This document shows, piece after piece, positions 20,978 to 31,102 of a stretch of 64,000 bases of DNA. Under the pieces are notes generated by a model, which had not been told where the DNA came from, did no database searches, and worked only from the letters and a program-made list of their open reading frames with translations. Numbering within the stretch: position 1 is the first letter of the stretch; each line of letters begins with the position of its first letter. The position numbers and the translations under genes were made by a program. Origin of the DNA: Candidatus Omnitrophota bacterium (GTDB taxonomy: Bacteria; Omnitrophota; Gorgyraeia; B26-G9); assembly GCA_018817585.1 (NCBI GenBank), contig JAHITE010000007.1:25251-89250 (forward strand). The letters run 5' to 3'.

Positions 20978-22624
20978 ATGATTCAAGAGCTTATTTTTAG
21001 CGTGTTTGGTGGTTTAGGATTATTTATTTATGGCATACACCTCATGGGAGAGGGCCTGCAGAATGCTGCTGGTGACAGAATGCGCAGGCTGCTTAAAGCT
21101 TTAACCAGCAATACTTTAGCTGGAACAGTAGTGGGTGCGGGAATAACCGCGATTATTCAAAGCTCATCGGCAACAACGGTTATGGTAGTTGGTTTTGTTA
21201 ATGCTGGTTTAATGGGTCTAGAGCAAGCGATTGGAGTTATTTTCGGTGCTAATATCGGAACAACGATTACTGCTCAGATAATTGCGTTTAAATTAACAAA
21301 CTATGCTTTGCCAACTATTGCTATTGGCGCGTGCTTATATTTATTTGTCCATAAAAGATTTTGGAAATTTTTTGGTTTGTTTTTATTGGGATTCGGGATT
21401 TTGTTTTTAGGGTTAAAAACCATGACTTCGGTTATTAAGCCATTTTCCGATAATCCCGCGGTTATTTCTGCTTTTGTATCTTTTAGTAAAAATCCTGCTT
21501 TAGCAATTTTGACAGGCGCAGTGGTTACAGCGATATTTCAAAGTTCTAGCGTGACAACTGGTATGATTATAACATTGGCTTCTTTGGGTTTGTTTGATTT
21601 GCAGGGAGCAATTCCTTTGATATTTGGCTGTAATATCGGGACTTGTATAACAGCAATCCTTGCTTCAATTGGAACAACAATCTCCGCTAGGCGTGCGGCT
21701 CTTGCCCATGTTTTGTTTAATGTATTGGTTACTATTATTTTTTTACCAACTATAGGGTTTTATCATAAGATTATAGCTCTGACCTCAACTGATATTGCCC
21801 GGCAAGTTGCGAATGCTCACACCATATTTAATGTTATCGGTACTGTGATTTTTGTGCCGTTTGCTGCTGTTTTTGCGAGAGTTGTAAAAAAAGTTTTGCC
21901 TGGTAAAGATGTAATTGTCGACACTCAACCAAAATTTTTGGAAAAACATTTATTAGCTACGCCTATTGCTGCCTTTGAAGCAGCAATGAAAGAAACCATG
22001 AGAATGGCAGAACTTACTCGCGAGATGATTGATGACGCGATGAATGGTTTTTTTGAAAATGATATAAAACTGCTTGCATTTGTAAGTAAAAAAGAGTTAG
22101 CTGTAGATAGTTTACAGGAAGGAATTACTAATTATTTGATGGAAATAATGCAAAAAGAACTTTCACCTGCTATTGCTAATAAAATTCCTTCTCTACTTCA
22201 TAGCGTTAACGATATCGAAAGGGTTGGTGACCATTCGGAAAACCTTAAAGAGCTAGCGGAGCGAAAAATAGTTAATAATCTGCCTTTTTCTACAGATGCA
22301 TTAGCTGATATAAAATCAATGTTTAAATTAGTGGATGCAATGGCACAAGCTACTATAAAGTGTTTGGATACTGATGATATAAAAGATGCTGGGGTTGTTT
22401 TAGAAATGGAAGAAAAGGTAAACTCGATCACTCTCAAATTAAGAGAAAATCATATAAAACGTTTGTCTAAAGGTAAATGTAAAGTTTTGTCTGGAATTAT
22501 TTTTCTAGATATTGTTAGTAATTTTGAAAAGATCGCGGATCATTTTACTAATGTTGCTGAGGCAGTTGCGGGTAAGTTGCAATGGACGAATCCAGGGCCG
22601 TCTCTAAAACCGCAGAAAAAGTAA
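20978..22624 (+). CDS. Na/Pi-cotransporter family protein with C-terminal PhoU-like domains
   Basis: Two Na_Pi_cotrans repeats (QSSSATT / QSSSVTTG) followed by PhoU-like helices. Confidence 0.8.
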   Translation: MIQELIFSVFGGLGLFIYGIHLMGEGLQNAAGDRMRRLLKALTSNTLAGTVVGAGITAIIQSSSATTVMVVGFVNAGLMGLEQAIGVIFGANIGTTITAQIIAFKLTNYALPTIAIGACLYLFVHKRFWKFFGLFLLGFGILFLGLKTMTSVIKPFSDNPAVISAFVSFSKNPALAILTGAVVTAIFQSSSVTTGMIITLASLGLFDLQGAIPLIFGCNIGTCITAILASIGTTISARRAALAHVLFNVLVTIIFLPTIGFYHKIIALTSTDIARQVANAHTIFNVIGTVIFVPFAAVFARVVKKVLPGKDVIVDTQPKFLEKHLLATPIAAFEAAMKETMRMAELTREMIDDAMNGFFENDIKLLAFVSKKELAVDSLQEGITNYLMEIMQKELSPAIANKIPSLLHSVNDIERVGDHSENLKELAERKIVNNLPFSTDALADIKSMFKLVDAMAQATIKCLDTDDIKDAGVVLEMEEKVNSITLKLRENHIKRLSKGKCKVLSGIIFLDIVSNFEKIADHFTNVAEAVAGKLQWTNPGPSLKPQKK

Positions 22625-22672
22625 TTACTTTGACATTATTTAATTATAGAGTTTTTTGTCAAAACAAACAAA

Positions 22673-22700
22673 AAATAAATAAATAAATAAATAAATAAAT
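22673..22700. repeat. (AAAT)7 tetranucleotide microsatellite between a TTGTCA -35-like hexamer and the mgtE start
   Basis: Seven perfect AAAT units, read directly. Confidence 0.8.
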
Positions 22701-22715
22701 ATTCACTTAATCTGA

Positions 22716-24125
22716 ATGAGACTTATGACTAAAAAAAATAAAAAAAACTCAATGAACGTGACTGCTCTTTTTGTCCCGGAATTAAGAGAGTTAATAAACG
22801 CAAAGAACTTTTCTGAGGTCAAGGAGATCATATCAAAAATTCCACCGATAGATATAGCTGAACGCTGGAATGACTTTTCCTCTAAAGAAAAAATGCTGAT
22901 ATTTAAACTTCTAAAGACACGTCTGGCTGTAGATGTTTTTGAGTCTTTGCAGTTTGAAGAACAATCATTTCTCTTAGATAATTTAGGTAATACTGAAGTT
23001 TCCCAAGTCCTTAATGAAATGTCCCCTGACGATAGAGCTAATCTTTTTAGAGATCTACCTCCTAAAGTGATCAAGAAATTCTTTAAACTCATGAAAAAAG
23101 AAGAGGTTGAAGATGTTAGAGAATTGATGACTTATGAAGAGGGTATTGCAGGGGCAATAATGACTACTGACTATATTGAGCTTCGAAAGGAAATTACTGC
23201 TAGAGCGGCTATTCTGAAGCTGCAGGATACATTAAGTTTTGATGATGATTCAGATATCAGTTCCATATATGTTACTGATGTTGAACATAAACTTCTAGGG
23301 GTTGTTGAATTGCAGGATTTGATTAAAGCTCCGCCGGATATGTTGATTAAAGATATTATGGAAAGTACGGATTTTATTAAAATAAATGAATATTCTCCTG
23401 ATGACGAAGTAGCGCAGCTTTTTAAACGATATGATTTGATCGACGCTCCGGTAGTGGATGAAAATGAAGAATTGATCGGGGTAATTACGATTGATGATAT
23501 CGTTGATGTTATGGAAAAAGAAGCAAATAAAGCGATTTATGAAGTCGGTAAAATGACTCCCGGTGAAGGGGAAATTATTAGTTATGCCACAGCGACTGTT
23601 AAAGAACTGATAAGTCGTCGGGCAGGATGGCTGATGTTTTTGCTTGTGTTTGATTTCTTGACCGGGACTGTTCTGAAAACATTTCAAGATACATTAAGCA
23701 GTGTTGTTGCTCTAGTCTTTTTTATTCCGATGATTTTGGATACAGGGGGAAATGCCGGGGCTCAGAGTTCCATCACAGTAATTAGGGGGTTGGCTACAGG
23801 CGATGTGTCGTTTGATAATGTAAAACGTGTCATAAAACTGGAACTTATGACAGCGTTATTAATGGGGCTTATAGTAGGAATTGTGGCTTTTGTCCGGGCT
23901 ATTCTTCTCCAGGGAGAGGTTATTATTGGTTTAGTTGTGGGGGTCACGATGTTTCTCGTAGTTTTACTGGCTATTTGCACGGGGGTTTCATTGCCCTTTA
24001 TATCAAAAAAAATGGGTTTAGACCCTGCAGTTTTGGCAGGCCCGATTACAACCAGTGTGGTTGATATCATAGGATTAATTATATATTTTAAAGTTGCTCA
24101 AGCATTCCTGCCCATATTAAAATAA
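22716..24125 (+). CDS. mgtE: magnesium transporter MgtE
   Basis: MgtE N-domain, tandem CBS domains, and a C-terminal TM domain with the GGNAGAQS motif. Confidence 0.85.
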   Translation: MRLMTKKNKKNSMNVTALFVPELRELINAKNFSEVKEIISKIPPIDIAERWNDFSSKEKMLIFKLLKTRLAVDVFESLQFEEQSFLLDNLGNTEVSQVLNEMSPDDRANLFRDLPPKVIKKFFKLMKKEEVEDVRELMTYEEGIAGAIMTTDYIELRKEITARAAILKLQDTLSFDDDSDISSIYVTDVEHKLLGVVELQDLIKAPPDMLIKDIMESTDFIKINEYSPDDEVAQLFKRYDLIDAPVVDENEELIGVITIDDIVDVMEKEANKAIYEVGKMTPGEGEIISYATATVKELISRRAGWLMFLLVFDFLTGTVLKTFQDTLSSVVALVFFIPMILDTGGNAGAQSSITVIRGLATGDVSFDNVKRVIKLELMTALLMGLIVGIVAFVRAILLQGEVIIGLVVGVTMFLVVLLAICTGVSLPFISKKMGLDPAVLAGPITTSVVDIIGLIIYFKVAQAFLPILK

Positions 24126-24194
24126 TCATTTAAAGACAATAGGAAACATTTTTAAAAATAAACCGCTAATTTGCTAATTTAATAGAGGTATGCT

Positions 24195-24926
24195 ATGAAT
24201 CTTTATGGGAAAAACCAAGTTGCAGAACGTTTAAAATCAAATCCAAATAGTATTAAAAAAATATTTTTCAATCAAAAATGTGACTTATCTGCAATGAAAA
24301 TCATAGCTAATGAAAAAAAAATACCGTATATATTTTTGCAGGATAAAGATTTTCTGATTATGGCAAAAGACGCGAATACCCAAGGAGTTATTGCTCAGGT
24401 TGTTGAATTTTGTTATGAAGATTTAGATGATATTTTAAAACAAAGTAAGCCTGATAAGTATGTTTTGATTGCTTTAAGTAATATTACAGATCCCCAAAAC
24501 CTCGGATCAATTCTGAGGACTGTGGCATGTTTTGGTAATTTTGCTTTGATTATTCCTAAGCATAGAACTGCAAGCATTAATGAAACTGTTTTGCGAGTTG
24601 CCTGTGGAGGTGAAAATTATGTTCCAATAGTTCAGGTAACCAACCTTATATCGGCAATTCAATCAGCTAAAGATGCTGGATATTGGGTGGCTGGTAGTGT
24701 TCTTGAGGATGGAGAAGATATGACTAATTTTAAATTTCCCTTTCCTCTGTGTTTAGTCATTGGGGCTGAAGATAAGGGGATAAGACAGGGATTGCTCAAT
24801 CATTTAGATTATAAACTTACCTTGCCTATGCCAGGGAAAGAGCTTTCTTTAAATGCTGCTGTTGCTACAGCAGTTTTTTGTTATGAGATAATGAAGCAAA
24901 GATTAAGAGCAAGTGATGTTAAGTAA
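24195..24926 (+). CDS. TrmH/SpoU-family RNA 2'-O-methyltransferase (RlmB-like)
   Basis: SpoU substrate-binding N-domain plus SPOUT motifs (NLGSILRT, VIGAEDKG). Confidence 0.75.
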   Translation: MNLYGKNQVAERLKSNPNSIKKIFFNQKCDLSAMKIIANEKKIPYIFLQDKDFLIMAKDANTQGVIAQVVEFCYEDLDDILKQSKPDKYVLIALSNITDPQNLGSILRTVACFGNFALIIPKHRTASINETVLRVACGGENYVPIVQVTNLISAIQSAKDAGYWVAGSVLEDGEDMTNFKFPFPLCLVIGAEDKGIRQGLLNHLDYKLTLPMPGKELSLNAAVATAVFCYEIMKQRLRASDVK

Positions 24927-24993
24927 ATATATTATTATTGCTTTTTTATGCTATAATGATTAAAATTAGATTATGGAGTTCATATAAAACTTT

Positions 24994-25389
24994 ATGATTA
25001 AAACTAGTCTGAAAAAAATTAGTACTGAGGTTGTTTTTGGATATCTTTTTTTTATTATTACAGTTTCTGCATTTGCTAATGGGGCTGATATTGAAAAAAA
25101 TCCTCCAACTCCTCAATCTTATGTTTCATCATCCTGGCAGGTTACGATGAATAAGCCAGAGGAAAAAAATGATAAATATCCTGAAAAGAGAAAAATAACT
25201 CCAGAAACACTAAGGGTAGCGCTGGATGAATATTATGTGCCTCAGATTTCAGAATTATTAAGCAAGGGAGTAGATTGTTTTGAGTGGGTTAACCATTTGG
25301 ATGACCCATACCTTAATCGTTATAAACTTGATTTAAGAGTTGATCCAGACGATGATAGAGTTAATTTATTCTGGAAAAGACAGTTTTAG
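24994..25389 (+). CDS. hypothetical secreted protein
   Basis: 131 aa with an N-terminal signal/TM segment. No known domain. Confidence 0.35.
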   Translation: MIKTSLKKISTEVVFGYLFFIITVSAFANGADIEKNPPTPQSYVSSSWQVTMNKPEEKNDKYPEKRKITPETLRVALDEYYVPQISELLSKGVDCFEWVNHLDDPYLNRYKLDLRVDPDDDRVNLFWKRQF

Positions 25390-25439
25390 AATAAATTTTT
25401 TAAGCTTGTTGTAAACTTGTTGTAACTATTTCTATTTTC

Positions 25440-25468
25440 TTGACGTTAGTTTTAAATAATGCTATACT
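25440..25468 (+). promoter_or_regulatory. strong sigma70-like promoter TTGACG-17-TATACT with a roughly 175-nt leader
   Basis: Direct read. The leader contains an 8-bp inverted repeat AGAGATTT...AAATCTCT. Confidence 0.45.
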
Positions 25469-25644
25469 TTACATAACTTTTTTGTATAATATTGTAAATT
25501 AATTTAAGCTTAATATTACTAATTTTGGTAGAATTAGCTAGAAATACTGAAACGCAATCAGAGATTTAATGCCGTAATCACCTAAAATCTCTATAATGTA
25601 TAGATACACTAGGTTAGAGATTGTAGACTCATCAGGGAGGGAAA

Positions 25645-26022
25645 ATGATGAAAAAAATTCTTGGGTATTGTTTTGTGCTCTCATTATGTTTAAGTATATT
25701 TAATTGCTCATCTGTATTGGCTGAAGATGCGGTAATTACATTGCCTTCAGTTGGAATGGGGTCTAAAGCTCAGAATGTTTTTGGGGTCGTTGGAAATGTG
25801 GAATATACTGAATTAAAGGCTCGTGGAGAATCATCGATTGTAATTAAGGATAAAAAGGGTGAATCTGTTGAAGTTTCACTTCAACAGATAGAACCTGGAG
25901 CAATAATTTTAGCAACTTATCGTAAGGAAAAGGATAAGAAGGGTAAAGAAAAAAATGTCCTTATTTCTTTAAGTATAGTAAAACCTGCACAAAAAATAAA
26001 AACAGCTGATCGAAAAAAATAG
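25645..26022 (+). CDS. hypothetical secreted protein (125 aa)
   Basis: RBS GGGAGGG, a signal peptide and a K-rich C-terminus. Followed by a hairpin terminator (GTGTAGAGA...TCTCTACAC plus a T-run) around 26055-26095. Confidence 0.4.
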   Translation: MMKKILGYCFVLSLCLSIFNCSSVLAEDAVITLPSVGMGSKAQNVFGVVGNVEYTELKARGESSIVIKDKKGESVEVSLQQIEPGAIILATYRKEKDKKGKEKNVLISLSIVKPAQKIKTADRKK

Positions 26023-26105
26023 TATATTTTAATACTAAATTAAAGCACTTAAGTGTAGAGAATTATATATTTTCTCTACACTTTTAATATTGATATGGTT
26101 TTCTT

Positions 26106-26184
26106 CGGGGCATGGCTCAGCTTGGCTTAGAGCGCTTGGTTTGGGACCAAGAAGTCGGTGGTTCGAATCCACCTGCCCCGACCA
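26106..26184 (+). tRNA. tRNA-Pro (anticodon TGG)
   Basis: Acceptor CGGGGCA/TGCCCCG, GCTCAG...AGAGC D-arm, anticodon loop TTTGGGA, GGTTCGAATCC T-arm, and an encoded CCA. Confidence 0.85.
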
Positions 26185-26268
26185 AAAAATAATTGTAGAG
26201 TTTGGGGATAAGGACTTTAAAGGATTTGCTTTTAGCTTACCATTTTGCTGTCCTTAGTTCCTAAAAAT

Positions 26269-26345
<77 letters not shown>

Positions 26346-26408
26346 ATTTAACAGGATGAGAGTCCCCGCGCTCTATAATTGAGTTTTTGGATTAAGATTA
26401 ATGGCGTA

Positions 26409-26486
26409 TGGTGGATGTAGCTCAGTTGGTTAGAGCTCATGATTGTGGTTCATGAGGCCGGGGGTTCGAGTCCCCTCATCCACCCC
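26409..26486 (+). tRNA. tRNA-His (anticodon GTG) with an encoded G-1 and 3' CCA
   Basis: The extra 5' G pairs with discriminator C. Anticodon loop TTGTGGT and GGTTCGAGTCC T-arm. Confidence 0.85.
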
Positions 26487-26617
26487 ATTTAACTATGGGT
26501 TTTATATTTATGCTTTGGGTTGTAAGGTGTGGTTGAGGATTAGTAATATATACTTGACTCAACAAATATAATCTTGCTAAAATGATTTAAATATAACAAT
26601 CAGAAAGATAGGTTAAA

Positions 26618-27697
26618 ATGTTAAAAAAATTAAGCCCCCTTATGCTCGGAGATCTAAAAGTTGATGTACCGATCGTGCAAGGTGGAATGGGAGTTGCCGT
26701 ATCAACAGCTTCTTTAGCAAGTGCAGTGGCCAACTATGGCGGGGCAGGAACAATAGCTAGTGTTGGGTTGGGATATAATTCAGCAGAAAACGAAACCAAT
26801 TTTATTAAAGCTTCTCGTGAAGGACTGGAAAAAGAAATTCGCCAATCAAAACAATTAACTACAGGGGTTGTGGGAGTTAATATACTTGTCGCTGTTACTA
26901 ATTATGAGGACTTGGCAAGAACAGCTGCTAAGGAAAAAGCTGATTTTATAGTTTCCGGCGCAGGTTTGCCGATTAAACTACCCGAGTTTGTTGAAGGAAC
27001 ATCTATTAAAATTATTCCGATTATTTCTTCACCTAGAGCAGCAGCATTAATTATTAAAACCTGGAAAAAAAGATATAATCGTCTGCCTGATGCTATTGTT
27101 GTCGAAGGGCCTATGGCTGGTGGACATCTTGGTTTTAGTTTCGAGGAACTGATAGCGCCTAAAGAGCAGGTATTAGAAACAATGGTTATTGAAGTTTTAA
27201 AAATTGTAGCTGAATTTGAAAAAGAATATAAGCAGAAGATTCCAGTTATTGCTGCTGGGGGGATATATACCGGGCAGGATGCGGCTCGTTTTTTTAAGTT
27301 AGGAGTGAGCGCGATACAAATGGCTACTCGTTTTGTCGCAACAAAAGAATGCTCAGTTTCTGATGAATTTAAAAAATTATATATTGAATCGACCGAGGAT
27401 GATATTGAAATCATTAAAAGTCCTGTTGGTATGCCTGGAAGATCGCTGAAGACCGCATTAATCAAAAAAGTAGTTGGCGGAAAAAAAGAATTGGTTAAAT
27501 GCGGGTATAGATGTTTAAAAACTTGTGACCCTTCATCAGTGCCTTACTGTATAGCCAAAGCCCTATTTAACGCGGTTATTGGAAAAATTGATGATGCCGT
27601 TGTGTTTGCCGGCAGCAATGTTTATAGAATTAAAAAAATAATTACAGTTAAAGAACTTATGGATGAGATTGTAAATGATGCGCTTGCCGTCCTTTGA
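26618..27697 (+). CDS. nitronate monooxygenase / FabK-like FMN-dependent oxidoreductase
   Basis: NMO-family motifs (VPIVQGGMGVAVS, FIVSGAGLP, GGHLG, IAAGGI). Confidence 0.7.
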   Translation: MLKKLSPLMLGDLKVDVPIVQGGMGVAVSTASLASAVANYGGAGTIASVGLGYNSAENETNFIKASREGLEKEIRQSKQLTTGVVGVNILVAVTNYEDLARTAAKEKADFIVSGAGLPIKLPEFVEGTSIKIIPIISSPRAAALIIKTWKKRYNRLPDAIVVEGPMAGGHLGFSFEELIAPKEQVLETMVIEVLKIVAEFEKEYKQKIPVIAAGGIYTGQDAARFFKLGVSAIQMATRFVATKECSVSDEFKKLYIESTEDDIEIIKSPVGMPGRSLKTALIKKVVGGKKELVKCGYRCLKTCDPSSVPYCIAKALFNAVIGKIDDAVVFAGSNVYRIKKIITVKELMDEIVNDALAVL

Positions 27698-27736
27698 TTT
27701 AAAATTTTAAATATAAAATTAAAGGGATTCCTCTCC

Positions 27737-27773
27737 AGTCTTCTCTGTAGTCTTCTCTGTAGTCTTCTCTTGT
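27737..27773. repeat. 3x tandem 12-mer AGTCTTCTCTGT in a C/T-rich, G-poor tract just after the NMO stop
   Basis: Direct read. Copy 3 has one extra T. Confidence 0.8.
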
Positions 27774-27797
27774 AAATTAGAAAATTTATGCTATACT
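27770..27797 (+). promoter_or_regulatory. promoter TTGTAA-16-TATACT for the PilZ gene
   Basis: Direct read, about 60 nt upstream of the ATG at 27860. Confidence 0.4.
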
Positions 27798-27859
27798 TAA
27801 TCAGTTTAAGTAGCATTTGCTCTGCGATCTTTTGATCTATGAAAAAAGGAAGGTAACTG

Positions 27860-28243
27860 ATGGTAGATGAGAGAAGAAAACATATGCGTTTTAATACCGA
27901 TATTAGTGGCGAATTTCAGGTCCGTAATAGTGATATACAAGGAGTTTTAAGTACTGATAATTTTAGCAGAGGCGGATTTAAAGCTACTATAAACAAAAAA
28001 GTAGATTTAGGACAAATAATTGAATGTGAAATGATATTTCCAGAGACAATTATGCCGTTTTTTTCAGCAGGAAAAGTTGTTTGGGTAAAAGAAAATAATG
28101 CTAGTACTCAGCATAAATATGATATAGGTATTCATTTAGATCAAATTGATCCTGTTGAAAAGCAATGCCTTATAGATCATTGCTATAAAAAATGGAATGA
28201 TTCAAGACAGGATAATAAGACAGAATTTGAATTGGATTTATAA
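27860..28243 (+). CDS. stand-alone PilZ-domain protein (c-di-GMP receptor)
   Basis: RxxxR (RRKHMR) near the N-terminus and NFSRGG (N/DxSxGG) motifs. 127 aa, RBS AAGGAAGG. Confidence 0.6.
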   Translation: MVDERRKHMRFNTDISGEFQVRNSDIQGVLSTDNFSRGGFKATINKKVDLGQIIECEMIFPETIMPFFSAGKVVWVKENNASTQHKYDIGIHLDQIDPVEKQCLIDHCYKKWNDSRQDNKTEFELDL

Positions 28244-28637
28244 TTTTCACTTAATTGATTTAGAAGAATTTGTTTTATTCTAACCGCTTTCCCTCTCCAC
28301 TGTTTTATGCAAAATTAAATTCTGGAAATAAATAATGGTTTTAATATCAAAGAAGTACGGCCTATGGCGTATACCCTAACTACTGTACCATTTTCAGTGG
28401 CGTATTTTTCAACTTTTTCAGAATTTATAATCTTGTGATAATATAATAAGTTTTTAAATTTGTAATGCAAAATAGTATGTTTTTGTTTTTGAAAAGTGAA
28501 GTTGTTTTTTTGAAGAAGATGGTATAATATGAAAGAATAATATATGTAATAAATATACGTATTTGGTCGAATAGCGATATATCAGGTGATTTTATATTTA
28601 ATTTGGAGAGTTTTTTATTTTACAAGGAGGGGGTAAA

Positions 28638-31067
28638 GTGAATCGTTATTTATGTGTGCATGGACATTTCTATCAGCCACCCAGAGAAAATCCTTGGTTA
28701 GAGGAAATAGAAATTCAGGATTCAGCTTATCCTTATCATGATTGGAATGAGAGAATAACAATTGAATGCTATGCGCCTAATGGGGCTTCAAGAATCTTAG
28801 CTAAGGAAGATAAAATCCTTAATATTGTTAATAATTACGCAAAGATAAGCTTTAATTTTGGGCCTACGCTTCTTTCTTGGATGGAAAAAAAGAGACCTGA
28901 GAATTACCAAGCTATTTTATCTGCAGATACACAGAGTAAAGAAAGCTTTGGCGGTCATGGAGCAGCAATTGCTCAGGTATATAATCATATGATAATGCCG
29001 CTAGCCAACAGCCGTGATAAACTTACCCAAATATTATGGGGAATAAAAGATTTTGTTCACAGATTTGATCGTTTTCCTGAAGGCATGTGGTTAGCTGAAA
29101 CAGCAGTTGATTTTGAAACCCTTGATATTATAGCCCAACAAGGAATTAAATTCACAATACTTTCTCCTTATCAGGCGCGTAGTTTTAGAAAAATAGGAAC
29201 AGAGCATTGGCAGGATGCTAGCGAAGGCAAAATTGACCCTAAAAAGGTTTACCTGTGCAAGCTTCAGACAGGGAGAGAAATTAGTATTTTCTTTTACGAT
29301 GGTCCGGTTTCTCAAGAGGTTGCTTTTGGAGATTTATTAAAAAGCGGCGTGAAATTTGCAAACAGATTAATTGGAACATTTTCCTCAGACAGCGATGCTC
29401 CGCAGCTTGTGCATATTGCTACTGATGGGGAGACCTATGGGCACCATCATAATTATGGAGAAATGGCCTTAGCTTATGGTTATTCTCATATAATTGATAA
29501 TAACTTAGCAAAGATAACTATATACGGGCAGTACTTAGAAAAATTCCCTCCTGAATACGAAGTTCAAATTATTGAAGACTCGTCCTGGAGCTGTTTTCAT
29601 GGTGTTCAAAGATGGTATGCTGATTGCGGATGTAATGTAAACACAAACTCATCCTGGAATCAGAAGTGGCGGACCCCTTTGCGCCAGGCAATGGATTGGC
29701 TGCGGGATAAGCTGGTAAAAATATATGAAAAGGAAATGTCCAAATATACATCCGATTGCTGGAAAGTGCGCAATGAATACATATCCGTATTGCTTAATCG
29801 TTCCCCTGAAAACATCTTAGGTTTTATTGTAAATAATTTCAATAAAGATTTATCTGAGGAAGAAAAAAACAATTTATTAAAAATGCTGGAAATGCAGCGT
29901 CATGCAATGCTTATGTACACCAGCTGCGGCTGGTTCTTTGATGATCTTTCCGGAATAGAAACTATCCAGGTAATCCAGTACGCTTGTCGGGCGATTCAAC
30001 TAGCAAAAGAAGTCAGCGGTCTTGATTTAGAACAAGGATATCTGGAAATATTAAAAGAAGCAAAGAGCAATATAGCTGAATATGAAGACGGAGCAAAAAT
30101 ATACAATAAAATAATCAAGCCCACTTGTCTTGATTTAAAAAGAGTCGCTGCTCACTACGCGGTTTCTTCGATTTTTCATGACTATGCGGGTGTTGACAAT
30201 GTGTATTCATATACAGTTAACAGTATTAGTATTGAACACGAAAAGATGACTGTCGGAAAACAGCAGATGGTTATGGGTACAGTAAAAACTATTTCCCGCA
30301 TAACCTTGGAGCAGGGCGAATTCAGCTATGCCATATTACATTTAGGAGATCACATTATTTTTGGCGGAGTTGCTGAAGCATTAAACATGAATATTTTTTC
30401 AGAGATGCGTAATGATATAAGCCAGGCTTTTGAAAAAAGCGATGTTCCCGAAATAATTACATTGCTTGATCAATATTTCGGAACTCATGACTGCTCAATA
30501 GCAAACTTGTTTAAAGATGACCAGAGACAGGTTTTGAATAAAATACTGGATAAGGCGCTTAACGAAATAGAAATATCATTTAGACATGTAAAAGAAAATC
30601 ATTATCCGATTCTGCTGGCAATAAAAGAAAATGGCATGCCTATGCCAACTGTTTTCTTAAACACATTTGAATTTATTTTTAATACAGATATTAGAAAAAT
30701 TTTAGAAGCTGAACATATAGAAATAAAAAACCTTATTGAAACAGTAAAACAAGCAAAGCGCTGGTGTCTTAAGATCGATAAACAGACAATTGGGTTTATA
30801 GCCAGTAAGCGGATAACCAAATTGATGGAAGAATTTAAGGTGAATCCTGGGGACTTTATGCAGATGAAAACTATTGAAAATATTTTCAAGGTTCTAAGGC
30901 CTCTAGATCTGCCCTTGCGCATATGGGAAGCTCAAAATATATATTTTTTCATAAGAAAAGAACAGTTTGACAGAATGAACGCAAAATCAAAACAAGACGA
31001 TAAAGAAGCAAAAAGATGGTGTGTGAATTTCAATGCTTTAGGAAATATGCTTTCAATTAGAGGTTAA
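28638..31067 (+). CDS. glycoside hydrolase family 57 protein (alpha-amylase / glucanotransferase-like) with a long C-terminal extension
   Basis: GH57 N-terminus HGHFYQPPRENPW, ...AETAVD..., GETYGHHH. 809 aa, GTG start after RBS AGGAGGGGG. Confidence 0.85.
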   Translation: MNRYLCVHGHFYQPPRENPWLEEIEIQDSAYPYHDWNERITIECYAPNGASRILAKEDKILNIVNNYAKISFNFGPTLLSWMEKKRPENYQAILSADTQSKESFGGHGAAIAQVYNHMIMPLANSRDKLTQILWGIKDFVHRFDRFPEGMWLAETAVDFETLDIIAQQGIKFTILSPYQARSFRKIGTEHWQDASEGKIDPKKVYLCKLQTGREISIFFYDGPVSQEVAFGDLLKSGVKFANRLIGTFSSDSDAPQLVHIATDGETYGHHHNYGEMALAYGYSHIIDNNLAKITIYGQYLEKFPPEYEVQIIEDSSWSCFHGVQRWYADCGCNVNTNSSWNQKWRTPLRQAMDWLRDKLVKIYEKEMSKYTSDCWKVRNEYISVLLNRSPENILGFIVNNFNKDLSEEEKNNLLKMLEMQRHAMLMYTSCGWFFDDLSGIETIQVIQYACRAIQLAKEVSGLDLEQGYLEILKEAKSNIAEYEDGAKIYNKIIKPTCLDLKRVAAHYAVSSIFHDYAGVDNVYSYTVNSISIEHEKMTVGKQQMVMGTVKTISRITLEQGEFSYAILHLGDHIIFGGVAEALNMNIFSEMRNDISQAFEKSDVPEIITLLDQYFGTHDCSIANLFKDDQRQVLNKILDKALNEIEISFRHVKENHYPILLAIKENGMPMPTVFLNTFEFIFNTDIRKILEAEHIEIKNLIETVKQAKRWCLKIDKQTIGFIASKRITKLMEEFKVNPGDFMQMKTIENIFKVLRPLDLPLRIWEAQNIYFFIRKEQFDRMNAKSKQDDKEAKRWCVNFNALGNMLSIRG

Positions 31068-31102
31068 ATAATATTTCAATAACTAAAATTTCAGGGGGAG
31101 TA

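Noticed and set aside
22625-22715. Possible M-box (Mg) riboswitch upstream of mgtE
   Set aside because: The intergenic region is only about 90 nt and mostly (AAAT)n, far too short for the roughly 160-nt M-box. No conserved M-box motifs are visible.
28244-28637. Small RNA or tRNA-like fragment (GGCGTATACC...GGCGTATTTTT) in the long leader before the GH57 gene
   Set aside because: I could not build a convincing stem or promoter-terminator pair by eye. I leave it as an AT-rich leader with an extended -10 (TGGTATAAT) promoter.
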